DNA of 43,247 nt from a virus. Taxonomy: Duplodnaviria > Caudoviricetes. The stretch lies in the IMG/VR virus record IMGVR_UViG_3300034127_000007, positions 1-43,247 of that record; one strand, given 5' to 3'. Below the pieces are notes generated by a model that saw only the letters and a program-made list of their open reading frames with translations, did no database searches and was not told the origin of the DNA. How positions within the stretch are numbered: position 1 is the stretch's first letter; every line of letters starts with the position of its first letter. Below, in pieces: positions 14,788 through 23,806 of this stretch. Made by a program: the position numbers and the translations under genes.

Positions 14788-15780
14788 ATGACTCAAGCAA
14801 CTATGACCCGCGTTCAACGTATGCAAGCACTGGCCGCGCAGAACGCAGCCGTTACTCAAATCGACATGAGCGAAGTCAGCAAGGGCGGGGCCGGTCGTCG
14901 CCTGCTGCCTGCCGGTATGGCGTACGGTCGTCTGGTACGATACATCGAGTTCGGTAACCACAAGAACGAGTACCAAGGGCAGGTGAAGCAGCCTACGCCT
15001 GTGGTCCGTATCGGCTTCGCCCTGTGGGGTGACGCGGACCCGAGCAACCCCGGCCAAGAGGGTAACCAGTATCACACCATGAAAGACGGTGTGGCGGTGC
15101 CTGCGATCTTGAATAGCTTCGACATGAAGCTGGGTAACAACGAGAAGTCGAAGAGCAAGATTGCTTTCGACAAGTTGAACTACAAGGGGCTTGCCAAGAA
15201 CTTCGCACAGTTCATCGGCGACGCGTTCTTGGTCCCTATCCTCGTGAAGAAGGGCACCAAGGCCGACAGCAAGCCGTACAACGAGATCGACTGGAAGGGC
15301 ATTCTGCCGCCACACTGCCCAATGACTAAGCAGCCCTATGGCATCCCCGAGGCGCCGGAAGACGCCTATCAGATGTTCCTGTGGGACAGCCCAACCCAAG
15401 AGGATTGGGATAGCCTGTTCATCGACGGCCAGAACGACCAAGGGAAGTCTAAAAACTTCCTGCAAGCGAAGTGCCTGGAGGCGTTGAACTTCCGTGGCTC
15501 TATGCTGGAACAGATGCTCGGTGGCGCCCTGCCGGACTTCGGCGGCGGCGTGGAGGGTGACGAAGACCCGGACGAGGCTACCCCAGCGGCAGGCAACGTA
15601 CCGGCTGTACCGAACGTCCCAAGCGTTCCTGCGGTTCCGGCTGTACCTTCGACCCTGCCTGACGTACCATTCGACGGCGGCACGCCTGTCGTGGCTCCTG
15701 CGGTTGCCCCTATCACTGCACCGGCTGGCCTGCCTAACATGCCTGCCCTGCCTGCGGTAGCGGGTATTCCCGGCCTGTGA
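14788..15780 (+). CDS. Conserved phiKMV-type replication-region protein (possible ssDNA-binding), Pro/Ala-rich C-terminal tail
   Basis: Syntenic between polymerase and exonuclease; RLVRYIEFGNH motif typical of this family; acidic then PAVP-repeat tail. Confidence 0.7.
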   Translation: MTQATMTRVQRMQALAAQNAAVTQIDMSEVSKGGAGRRLLPAGMAYGRLVRYIEFGNHKNEYQGQVKQPTPVVRIGFALWGDADPSNPGQEGNQYHTMKDGVAVPAILNSFDMKLGNNEKSKSKIAFDKLNYKGLAKNFAQFIGDAFLVPILVKKGTKADSKPYNEIDWKGILPPHCPMTKQPYGIPEAPEDAYQMFLWDSPTQEDWDSLFIDGQNDQGKSKNFLQAKCLEALNFRGSMLEQMLGGALPDFGGGVEGDEDPDEATPAAGNVPAVPNVPSVPAVPAVPSTLPDVPFDGGTPVVAPAVAPITAPAGLPNMPALPAVAGIPGL

Positions 15781-16754
15781 TGGTCTGGAGAGGTCGAGAC
15801 TTGAGCGGCTTGCCCGCTCAATTCGATCCGAAGCCAGCAGGTTCAAGAACGTTGATTCTTGACGGTGACGGCCCGTGTTATCGGGCCTGCACCACGGCCA
15901 AGACCCTGCCGACTGCCATACGAAAGTTCGTACAGATTGTGCTGGAGATTCAGTACTTGACGAACTGTTCGGATGTTCGGATACACCTCACCGCCAAGGG
16001 GAGCAAGAAGGCGAACCGGGCGCTGTACCCAACGTTTTGGGGTTACCAAGACAAGCGGGGCGGTTCGCCTAAACCACCTTTACTTGAGCCGCTGCGCCAA
16101 GCTGTGTACGATTCGCTCCAACGAGAGAACGGCGAGTTACCACCCGAGTGGTGGTGCGAGCTGCATAACTTTTGGGAAGCGGACGACGGCATTATCATGG
16201 ACGCCGTACGCCTCGGGGATAACGCTGTGGTCTGGTCCGAGGACAAGGACATGCGGCTAACACCCGGCCCGTACTTCGAACTCAAGACAGGTACGACGGA
16301 CTTTATCGACAACCGTTTTGGTTGGATCGGTGAGGACTTCACGCCTGCCGGTAAGCTCAAGGTGGTAGGGCACGGTACTAAGTTCTTTTGGGCGCAGATG
16401 CTCATGGGCGATGGTGCCGACCGTGTGCGCGGGTTGGATCGACTGGACGGTAAGAACATCGCCGAACGTGGCGCGCTGGACTTCCTACAGGGGATCAACT
16501 GCGAGAGCGAGGCAGCCAATGCTGTACTCGCAGCTTATGGCCGGTCGGGACAGAACCCACTGGCAGAGGCGGAAATGATGTGGTTGCGCCGGGGCCAACA
16601 GGACAGCGCGTACCGGTACTTAACAGAGCTGGACTTACTCCCGCATCTGCGGCAATGGATGGACGACCTGCACGGCTACCACCAACAGGTAATAGAAATC
16701 CGGCTCAAAGAAAAGGAGGAACAGGCTCGTGACCGAGACGACGAAGATTCTTAA
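15777..16754 (+). CDS. 5'-3' exonuclease
   Basis: LILDGDG, WEADD, SEDKDM, QMLMGDGAD motifs. Confidence 0.9.
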   Translation: MMVWRGRDLSGLPAQFDPKPAGSRTLILDGDGPCYRACTTAKTLPTAIRKFVQIVLEIQYLTNCSDVRIHLTAKGSKKANRALYPTFWGYQDKRGGSPKPPLLEPLRQAVYDSLQRENGELPPEWWCELHNFWEADDGIIMDAVRLGDNAVVWSEDKDMRLTPGPYFELKTGTTDFIDNRFGWIGEDFTPAGKLKVVGHGTKFFWAQMLMGDGADRVRGLDRLDGKNIAERGALDFLQGINCESEAANAVLAAYGRSGQNPLAEAEMMWLRRGQQDSAYRYLTELDLLPHLRQWMDDLHGYHQQVIEIRLKEKEEQARDRDDEDS

Positions 16755-17175
16755 AAAGATCCCACGCACCAACATGAAGGCAATGACCATCAAGATTCTG
16801 AAGGATCAAGGCGGCTTGTGTCTTCTGTGTCAAAAGCCCATTGATATGTCCACAGCCAAGGAAGGCTGCGTGGATCACGACCACGAGTCGGGAGAGGTGC
16901 GGGGTGTCCTGCATCGAAGTTGCAACGCCGCAGAAGGCAAAGTGGCAAACGCTGCCGGGCGGTGGGGCGCAAAGGGTATGAGTTACGATTTGATCGTGCC
17001 TTGGCTAGAGAACCTGCTGGAGTACTACAAGCGTCCGGGGACCGGGTATATGTACCCAAGCCACAAGACGCCTGAGGAAAAGGCAGCAGCCGCCCGCGTC
17101 AAGCGTAATGAAGCCGCAGCGGCCCGCCGCGCAACGGTACGCGTTAAAACTATGTCTTTCAAAGGTACTGTATGA
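16729..17175 (+). CDS. Recombination endonuclease VII
   Basis: QGGLCLLC...VDHDHESGEVRGVLHRSCNAAEG signature. Confidence 0.92.
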   Translation: MTETTKILKKIPRTNMKAMTIKILKDQGGLCLLCQKPIDMSTAKEGCVDHDHESGEVRGVLHRSCNAAEGKVANAAGRWGAKGMSYDLIVPWLENLLEYYKRPGTGYMYPSHKTPEEKAAAARVKRNEAAAARRATVRVKTMSFKGTV

Positions 17176-18161
17176 ACAAGCAATCCCCTATCCGTTCCCA
17201 TTTCCCCGACGCAGTAATCAAGGCAGCTTACGAGCTGTCGCCCGGTAAGTTCCGCTCTATCGCTCGCCGTCTGGAGCACTCGGCGCGCGGTGTCGAGGTG
17301 TCCCGACAGTTGGCCCGAGCGTGGTGTATTGACCTCGGCCTGTTCGAACCGAAAGCCCGTAAGAAGGCCAAGGCGAAGCAGGACGGCCCGCGTATCCTGT
17401 TGATCGACATCGAGACGGCGCCGGTCATGGCGTACGTGTGGTCGCTCTGGAAGCAGAACGTTGGCTTGAACCAGATTGCCCGCGAGTGGAACATTCTCTC
17501 GTTCTGTGCGAAGTGGTTCGGCGAACCTGAAATCATCTACAAGGACATTCGCGAAACACCGCACGACGATTCGTCGCTGATGCAACCGTTGTGGGATTTG
17601 CTGAATGAAGCAGATATCATCATCGGCCAGAACGGCAAGCGGTTCGACATGCCCAAGATTCAGGCGCGTCTGATTATGGCAGGCTTCCCGCCGCCGCGAC
17701 CGTACAAGGTGATTGACACACTGCTGATGGCTCGCCAACAGTTCATGTTCACCAGCAACAAGCTGGAGTGGATGACCGGCGAAACGGCTGGCCTTACCGA
17801 AACGAGCAAGAGCAAGCACGCCAAGTTCCCCGGCTTTATGCTGTGGGCCGAGTGCATGAAAGGCAACCCGGAAGCATGGGACGAAATGCGGGATTACAAT
17901 ATCCCCGACGTTACGTCGATGGAAGAACTGTACGTCAAGTTGCGTCCGTGGTACGTCGGCCACCCTAACGTGGCTGTGTACACCGACAGCGAGAAGCGCG
18001 CTTGCCCTAAATGCGGCTCGCACGACCTGAAACAAGACGGGTTCAGCTACACCCAATCCGGCAAGTACGAGCTGTACCAGTGCCAAGGCTGCCAAGGCTG
18101 GAGCCGTGGGCGCTACACTCGCAACACAACCGCCGTTCGCAAGGCGACATTGAGCAACTAA
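17172..18161 (+). CDS. RNase H-like (DEDD) exonuclease with C-terminal Zn ribbon
   Basis: LLIDIET, GQNGKRFD, IDTL, YNIPDV motifs; CPKC...CQGC. Confidence 0.85.
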   Translation: MNKQSPIRSHFPDAVIKAAYELSPGKFRSIARRLEHSARGVEVSRQLARAWCIDLGLFEPKARKKAKAKQDGPRILLIDIETAPVMAYVWSLWKQNVGLNQIAREWNILSFCAKWFGEPEIIYKDIRETPHDDSSLMQPLWDLLNEADIIIGQNGKRFDMPKIQARLIMAGFPPPRPYKVIDTLLMARQQFMFTSNKLEWMTGETAGLTETSKSKHAKFPGFMLWAECMKGNPEAWDEMRDYNIPDVTSMEELYVKLRPWYVGHPNVAVYTDSEKRACPKCGSHDLKQDGFSYTQSGKYELYQCQGCQGWSRGRYTRNTTAVRKATLSN

Positions 18162-18199
18162 ACAAGGTGGCGCCTTCGGGCGCCGCCTACGGGGAACGT

Positions 18200-18559
18200 A
18201 TGCAAAAAGAATTCAAGGCGCCCGAGGGGTTCGTATCAACACCAGAGGGCCGGAAGAACGAGAAGGTCCGCACCGACTTGGTAATTATGGCGATGCCTCA
18301 TGCCCTCATTGAAGTTGCCAAGCTCATGACATGGGCGCAGAAGAAAGGCTACAAGCTGGACGACTGGCTACTGGTGCCGGACGCCGAACGTGCGTACACT
18401 GGCGCCGCCTTCCGTCACCAGATGGAAGTCCATATGGGTGACAGCCACGACAAAGAGTCGGGCTTGCACCACTACGTCCATGAGGCGTGGAACGTACTCG
18501 CAAAACTTGAGATCAAGTTGCGCGAACTCAAACAAACCCAACCAACTATTAACGAGTAA
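18200..18559 (+). CDS. DUF5664 / dATP-dGTP diphosphohydrolase-like domain protein
   Basis: K.R.DL...P.AL.EVA...W...Y..A..RH...D.ESGLHH..H.AWN.L pattern; GGGGA SD before ATG 18200. Confidence 0.8.
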   Translation: MQKEFKAPEGFVSTPEGRKNEKVRTDLVIMAMPHALIEVAKLMTWAQKKGYKLDDWLLVPDAERAYTGAAFRHQMEVHMGDSHDKESGLHHYVHEAWNVLAKLEIKLRELKQTQPTINE

Positions 18560-18562
18560 ACA
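18547..18562. promoter_or_regulatory. Quasi-palindromic operator-like site 4 (TATTAACGAGTAAACA)
   Basis: 13/16 match; at the junction before the last ORF preceding the RNAP gene. Confidence 0.5.
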
Positions 18563-18564
18563 CC

Positions 18565-18741
18565 ATGACCAAACGTACCGTATACGCTCAACTGTCCAAC
18601 GACCTGACCGCAGCAATCGACACCGGCAACCAAGCGGAAGCCGACTTGACCGTCAAGCTCGCCCACGAGGCGCTGCAAAACGGTGACATCAGTATCATTC
18701 AAATGGGCGACATTGAAGCCGATTACGACGCAGCGTTCTAA
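18565..18741 (+). CDS. 58-aa acidic protein immediately upstream of RNAP
   Basis: MTKRTVYAQLSND...DYDAAF; fills the gap exactly, and its stop overlaps the RNAP SD; below the ORF-track cutoff. Confidence 0.75.
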   Translation: MTKRTVYAQLSNDLTAAIDTGNQAEADLTVKLAHEALQNGDISIIQMGDIEADYDAAF

Positions 18742-18750
18742 GGAATACCC

Positions 18751-21186
18751 GTGGATTTAACCGCCCAACAAATCGAACTGGAGGTATCCGCCGACCACGC
18801 GGCTACCGCAAACGCCATCAAGGAACACGCCGAGATTGTAGCGCGTGGTGACATCGACAAGCTGCCACGCGGCAACGCCTTGATAGCCCGTATGTTCGGG
18901 GCGGTTAAGGCGCATATCGAAGGCGAGCAGCAGAAGACCGCACGGGGGCAGGGTGCCCACCTCAAGGGGTGGCTACGGCGCATCCCTGCGGACGTTGCAG
19001 CGGTGATCGCCCTGCGGACTACCTTAGCCAAGGTGTTGCAGGACCACACCACGTACACGACGTTCCAGACGCTTACGGTGAATATCGGGCGGGAGTGGGT
19101 ACGCGAGATTCAGGTGCGGGACGCCGAGAGCGTCAACCCTGAGTACTACGCCGAGGCCATGCGCAGGCTGTCCAAGGCGAACGTATCCAGCCCGGTGCAC
19201 ATCAAGAAGACGCTTAGCCGCGTCGTCAAGAACGTACTAGACGGACTGTACGACGACCAGTTGGGGGAGACTGAGCTTGCCCACCTAGGCAAGCACGGGC
19301 TACAAGGCTGTATGGACGCCGGTTTGGTGGAGATAAAGCGAGGGACCAACAAGCGGGGCCACCTCGTCGAGTACGTGCTTACAGAGCCCGTACGGGACTT
19401 CCTACTGGATAGTACCGATATGCAGCGCTTTGCCTCGCCGACCGACTGTATTATGCTGGTGCCACCACTGCCGTGGGAGGCCACGACAGGCGGCGGATTC
19501 CTCACAGAACGCCGGCAAATGCGCTTCCCGCTGATTAACACCCGGAAGGTGCGTAGAGGGCGTACCAAGGCGTACAGAGAGGCGTGCAGCCGCCAGAACA
19601 TGCCGCAGGTGTATCAGATTGCGAACTACTTACAGTCGATCCCGTACCGCATGAACCCGGAAGTGTTCCGCCACGTACAACGTGTGTGGCAGGCCGGGGG
19701 TGGGGCGCTGGGTATGCCGTCGGTGAACCCACCGGTTAAGCCGGGGTTCCCCTTTGGTGACGACTGGAAGCGCGACAACGCCAGCGAGGAGGAGCTAGAG
19801 CAGTTCTTTCTCTGGAAGCGGCGGATGGTGGAGTGGCACGAACAGCGTCTTGTCCACCGTTCGGCTGTGTGGGAAATGGCGAGCTTTGTCCGTAACGTGG
19901 GACGGTGCAGCGAGTTCGATTCGTACTTCCCGGTGTTCATCGACTCGCGGGGCCGCTGGTACTACCGAGGCACGCCGAACCCGCAGGGGAGCGACGCTGC
20001 CAAGGCTGTGATACAGTTCGCCCGTAAGAAGCCCCTAGGGGAGCGTGGTGCGTTCTGGTTGCAGGTGCACATTGCGAACTGCTTCGGCGTGGACAAGCCC
20101 CAGATGGAGGAGCGGGCGAAGTGGACCCGCGACCATTGGTTGGAGCTGTGCGACGCTCTGGCCGCGCCTGAGGTGTCTAACATCTTTCAGCAGGCCGACA
20201 GCCCGTTCTGCGCTATCGCCGCCTGTATCGACCTCAAAGCAGCCTACGACAGCGGTAACCACAAGACGTACTTGTCTGGTGTACCTGTGCACATGGACGC
20301 CACTTGCTCGGGCTTGCAGCACTTCTCGGCTATGCTGCGCGACGAGATTGGCGGGCAGTACGTGAACCTCACACCGGGCGGCACACACAAGGCGGATATC
20401 TATCGCCGTGTTGCTGACTTGGTACTGGCGAAGGCGAAGGCCGACGCAGCAGGCGGTAACGTCTCGGCGCGGTACTGGCTGGAGATTGGTGTAACGCGGG
20501 ACATGGCGAAGTCGCCGGTCATGACGTACGTGTACGGGGCCACGCATATGTCCGTATCGGGCGGTATCATGGCCCACCTCATGGACGAGCATTCGTGGGA
20601 TAGCAAAGAGCGCGGAGTGACTGCCGGTAAGATGGCGGGATACCTCACCACCTTGATATTCAAGGCGATTGAAGAGACGGTGCCCAAGGCAGCCGAGGCC
20701 ATGCGGTGGTTGAAGGAGTTGATGCGCGAGCTGGATCGCGAGAGCCCGGCGCAGTACTGTACGCCAATCGGGATGTTCGTTAACCACGACTACCCGGACC
20801 AAGAGCAAACCCGCGTGGACATGCGCTCGTGTGGGATTACTAAGGTCGTGATGTACAAGCAACTCGACGTGACCAAGCCCCAGCGGATGCAGAACGCCAT
20901 TGCACCGAACTTTGTACACAGCCTCGATGCTGCGCACTTGGGCTTCACGGCGCTGCGTATGGAACACGACGGGCTGGCGATGGTCTGTATTCACGACTCG
21001 TTTGGGACGCACCCGTGCGACGTTGACGCGATGCAGCGGCATATCCGTTTGGCGTTCATTCATATGTACAGCGGTAAAGACCACTTGAACGACCTAGCAA
21101 GACAGCTTGGGGTTAATGCGACATACAATGGTACAGGTAGTTTAGACCTTGCCGGTATTGAACATTCTGAGTTCTTCTTTTGCTAG
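18751..21186 (+). CDS. Single-subunit T7-like RNA polymerase
   Basis: DSRGRWY, HMDATCSGLQH (motif A), RDMAKSPVMTYVYG (motif B), APNFVHSLDA, IHDSFGTH (motif C), C-terminal FFFC. Confidence 0.97.
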   Translation: MDLTAQQIELEVSADHAATANAIKEHAEIVARGDIDKLPRGNALIARMFGAVKAHIEGEQQKTARGQGAHLKGWLRRIPADVAAVIALRTTLAKVLQDHTTYTTFQTLTVNIGREWVREIQVRDAESVNPEYYAEAMRRLSKANVSSPVHIKKTLSRVVKNVLDGLYDDQLGETELAHLGKHGLQGCMDAGLVEIKRGTNKRGHLVEYVLTEPVRDFLLDSTDMQRFASPTDCIMLVPPLPWEATTGGGFLTERRQMRFPLINTRKVRRGRTKAYREACSRQNMPQVYQIANYLQSIPYRMNPEVFRHVQRVWQAGGGALGMPSVNPPVKPGFPFGDDWKRDNASEEELEQFFLWKRRMVEWHEQRLVHRSAVWEMASFVRNVGRCSEFDSYFPVFIDSRGRWYYRGTPNPQGSDAAKAVIQFARKKPLGERGAFWLQVHIANCFGVDKPQMEERAKWTRDHWLELCDALAAPEVSNIFQQADSPFCAIAACIDLKAAYDSGNHKTYLSGVPVHMDATCSGLQHFSAMLRDEIGGQYVNLTPGGTHKADIYRRVADLVLAKAKADAAGGNVSARYWLEIGVTRDMAKSPVMTYVYGATHMSVSGGIMAHLMDEHSWDSKERGVTAGKMAGYLTTLIFKAIEETVPKAAEAMRWLKELMRELDRESPAQYCTPIGMFVNHDYPDQEQTRVDMRSCGITKVVMYKQLDVTKPQRMQNAIAPNFVHSLDAAHLGFTALRMEHDGLAMVCIHDSFGTHPCDVDAMQRHIRLAFIHMYSGKDHLNDLARQLGVNATYNGTGSLDLAGIEHSEFFFC
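21112..21134 (+). promoter_or_regulatory. Late phage promoter inside the RNAP 3' end
   Basis: GTTAATGCGACATACAATGGTAC. Confidence 0.75.
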
Positions 21187-21201
21187 GTCAAGAGGGTAAT
21201 T

Positions 21202-21224
21202 CTTAATGCGACATACAATGGTAG
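21202..21224 (+). promoter_or_regulatory. Late phage promoter downstream of RNAP
   Basis: CTTAATGCGACATACAATGGTAG, intergenic, at the start of the structural module. Confidence 0.85.
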
Positions 21225-21252
21225 ATACAGTACCGAGAGAGAGGGGTAAGGG

Positions 21253-21459
21253 GTGAGAGAGCAAGAAAAGAAAAGTCTTTCTGTACCTAAGTTTACAAGT
21301 GAACAGTACGAGTATCTGGCTAAAGTACATCCCAAGCTAGACGTACATCCTAGTAATACCGATAGACAGCTTATGTACAGTGGTGGTGAACAGTCTGTGT
21401 TAGCTACTGTGCAGAAGAATATCGGTTTTGCCCCTAGCAGGTTACGTCATGACCGTTAA
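21253..21459 (+). CDS. Small conserved late protein (phiKMV gp27 position)
   Basis: FTSEQYEYLAKVHP...GEQSVL pattern; synteny. Confidence 0.75.
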   Translation: MREQEKKSLSVPKFTSEQYEYLAKVHPKLDVHPSNTDRQLMYSGGEQSVLATVQKNIGFAPSRLRHDR

Positions 21460-21892
21460 TACGTTGACGGTTCGACTCCCCTCTGGCGCTCCTACCTACG
21501 CTGTCGGCTTATTGCGACATGCAATGGTAGAGTGTCCAGAGCTGTGCTGGTGTTCGTCCTTGGGCGATGGCCTGCGCAGAATGCGTGAAGCCACGGAGCC
21601 ACACCCACGGGTGGAGCTTCTGGCGATGGACGACGGTAAGCTGGTGGCGTGTACTGTCCTTGTTCCTGACGAGGATATGCACGTTGGGCCATGCCTTACC
21701 GTCATGTGGAATTACGTACTACCTGAGTACCGTGGCGCTATCGGACGCAAGTTCATTCGTGCCGCTTTTCGTGAGGCCGTATTTCAAGGTCTGCCGATTG
21801 TGGCATATACCCACCGTCAGGGTGTTGGGCAGTACACGACGATTTATCGGAGAGTGCGAGCCTATGGGCAAGAAAGTAAAGAAGCTGATTAA
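21449..21892 (+). CDS. GNAT-family acetyltransferase (phiKMV/LUZ19 gp28 Rac position)
   Basis: DMHVGPCL...WNYVLPEYRGAIGRKF acetyl-CoA motif; synteny. Confidence 0.8.
   Translation: MTVNTLTVRLPSGAPTYAVGLLRHAMVECPELCWCSSLGDGLRRMREATEPHPRVELLAMDDGKLVACTVLVPDEDMHVGPCLTVMWNYVLPEYRGAIGRKFIRAAFREAVFQGLPIVAYTHRQGVGQYTTIYRRVRAYGQESKEAD
21508..21530 (+). promoter_or_regulatory. Late phage promoter inside the GNAT gene
   Basis: CTTATTGCGACATGCAATGGTAG. Confidence 0.7.
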
Positions 21893-22247
21893 CAAGGCCA
21901 AAAAGATCACCGAGAAGTTCGACCCATTGGGCGCTGGTGTTCTGAACCCCTACGTTGACGGTTTGTCCGACCAGTTCCTAGGTACGGACTGGAGCGGCGC
22001 AAAGGCTGCACAGTCAGAGGCGCAGCGACAGCAACAGCAATTGCTGGAGAACCTGCGGCAGACGATGGACGATAACGCGCAACAGTTACAGTCGAGTAAC
22101 CGGAACGCGAACGTTGATTTGGCTATCGAGAACGTTCCTGATACTGAAATTGGTGGCACGGCTAACAGCCTGTCCACTGGCGCAAAGGACGGCAAGAAGA
22201 AAAAGCCAGTGGGTGGCGTTGCTTCCTCGTTGGGGCTTAACGTTTAA
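21864..22247 (+). CDS. Virion assembly / small structural protein (gp29-like)
   Basis: MGKKVKK start and KKKK...VASSLGLNV end typical of this family; directly before the portal. Confidence 0.8.
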   Translation: MGKKVKKLINKAKKITEKFDPLGAGVLNPYVDGLSDQFLGTDWSGAKAAQSEAQRQQQQLLENLRQTMDDNAQQLQSSNRNANVDLAIENVPDTEIGGTANSLSTGAKDGKKKKPVGGVASSLGLNV

Positions 22248-23803
22248 TGAGAAAGCCAACCGCGTCGCAATTGTGGGAGCAGTACCGGGACGAGAACGTA
22301 ATCCGTAAGTGCGAGAACTTCGCACGGTTTACGAACCCTACTGTATTCGTTGATCCTTTAAAGAAAGGGCCACAGCAGTTAGAACACGACTTCCAATCTG
22401 TGGGCGCCGTGTTCCTGAACAACCTGTCTTCCAAATTGGTCGCCGCTCTGTTCCCTACCGGTATCCCGTTCTTCAAGAACCAGATAACGGAAGGGTTGCA
22501 GAAGGCAGCCGACGCGAAAGGCGTAGACGACCAGCAGCTAGCGAGTATGCTCGCAGCTATTGACCGCGAGGCAGCGGAACGACTGTTCTTAAACGGCGCT
22601 CTTGCCAAGCTGACCCGCCTCATTAAGTTATTAATCGTGACCGGCAACGGCTTGGCTTATCGTGACCCAGTCACCGCCAAGTTTGTAATCTGGTCGCTGC
22701 GGTCGTTTGTGGTTCGTCGTACTTCGACAGGTGAGTGGCGTTGTATTGTCCTCAAGCAAGCGTTTCAGTTCGACGAGCTACCGCAACAAGTACAGGCCGA
22801 CTATCAGGCCAAGAATCCGGGGCGCATGCGCCCGGACTCGCAGGTGGATTACTTCACCGTGATAGAGAAACAACCGGGCGCTATCAATCCCCGAGTGGTG
22901 GTATGGAACGAGGTAGACGGCATTCGTGTCGGTCCTGAATCGTCTTACCCTGAACACCTCTCGCCGTGGATTCTGGCAACTTGGAACCTTGACGATGGTT
23001 CGCATTACGGTACAGGGCTGGTCGAAGACTTTACCGGTGATTTTGCGAAGCTGAGTCTTGTGTCTGAGCAGTTAGGTTTGTACGAGCTAGAGGCGCTGTC
23101 ACTCCTGAACGTCGTAGACGAGGCAGCGGGTGGTGTCATTGACGAGTACCAAGAAGCCGACACCGGCGACTACGTACGCGGCAAGACAGCAGCGATTACA
23201 TCGTATGAACGCGGTGACTACAACAAGATCGCGGCGGTTCGTGAGTCCTTGGGAGAGGTTATCTCTAGGCTGAGCCAAGCTTTCATGTACACCGGCAACA
23301 CCCGAAACGCAGAACGTGTCACCGCCGAGGAAATCCGAGCGTTAGCCCGTGAGGCAGAGGCAGCACTAGGAGGCGTGTACTCGCTCCTGGCCGAGTCCCT
23401 GCAAACGCCACTAGCTTATCTCACGATGGCCGAGGTGTCCCCACAGTTGATGCTGGGGTTAGTGAACAAGCTGTACAAGCCGTCGGTAATCACAGGCACG
23501 CAAGCTCTGTCTCGCGCCGTCGCCGTGCAGAACCTTTTGGCAGCAACCCAAGAAGCAGCCGCCGTCGTCCCTGCGTTAGCGCAACTGGACAACCGGATGG
23601 ACCCTCAGAAGTTAATGGACCTGTTCTATAACTCCCGGTCGGTGGATGTGTCGAAGCTGTTCAAAGACCCTGAGGTCATGGCAGCAGAGGCGAAGGCCAA
23701 GGAAGAGGCCGCAGCGCGTCAACAACAGGCCAGTGCTGCCCTCATGGACCAGCAGGCCGTAATGGCGGGACAAGTCTCGCAGAACATCCAAGCACTAGGG
23801 TAA
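22247..23803 (+). CDS. Portal (head-tail connector)
   Basis: FQSVGA..NNLSSKL..ALFP, YGTGLVE, RNAERVTAEEIR motifs. Confidence 0.95.
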   Translation: MRKPTASQLWEQYRDENVIRKCENFARFTNPTVFVDPLKKGPQQLEHDFQSVGAVFLNNLSSKLVAALFPTGIPFFKNQITEGLQKAADAKGVDDQQLASMLAAIDREAAERLFLNGALAKLTRLIKLLIVTGNGLAYRDPVTAKFVIWSLRSFVVRRTSTGEWRCIVLKQAFQFDELPQQVQADYQAKNPGRMRPDSQVDYFTVIEKQPGAINPRVVVWNEVDGIRVGPESSYPEHLSPWILATWNLDDGSHYGTGLVEDFTGDFAKLSLVSEQLGLYELEALSLLNVVDEAAGGVIDEYQEADTGDYVRGKTAAITSYERGDYNKIAAVRESLGEVISRLSQAFMYTGNTRNAERVTAEEIRALAREAEAALGGVYSLLAESLQTPLAYLTMAEVSPQLMLGLVNKLYKPSVITGTQALSRAVAVQNLLAATQEAAAVVPALAQLDNRMDPQKLMDLFYNSRSVDVSKLFKDPEVMAAEAKAKEEAAARQQQASAALMDQQAVMAGQVSQNIQALG

Positions 23804-23806
23804 CAA

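Noticed and set aside
17025-18095. Long minus-strand ORFs (also 12465-13352, 14746-15846, 20035-21084, 23843-24763, 24681-25649)
   Set aside because: Antisense shadows of well-supported, codon-biased genes; no SD or recognisable motifs.
18200-18559. 2-aminoadenine (Z) genome or other DNA hypermodification pathway
   Set aside because: No PurZ, DatZ, Que/Dpd or methyltransferase genes recognised; one diphosphohydrolase-like gene is not enough.
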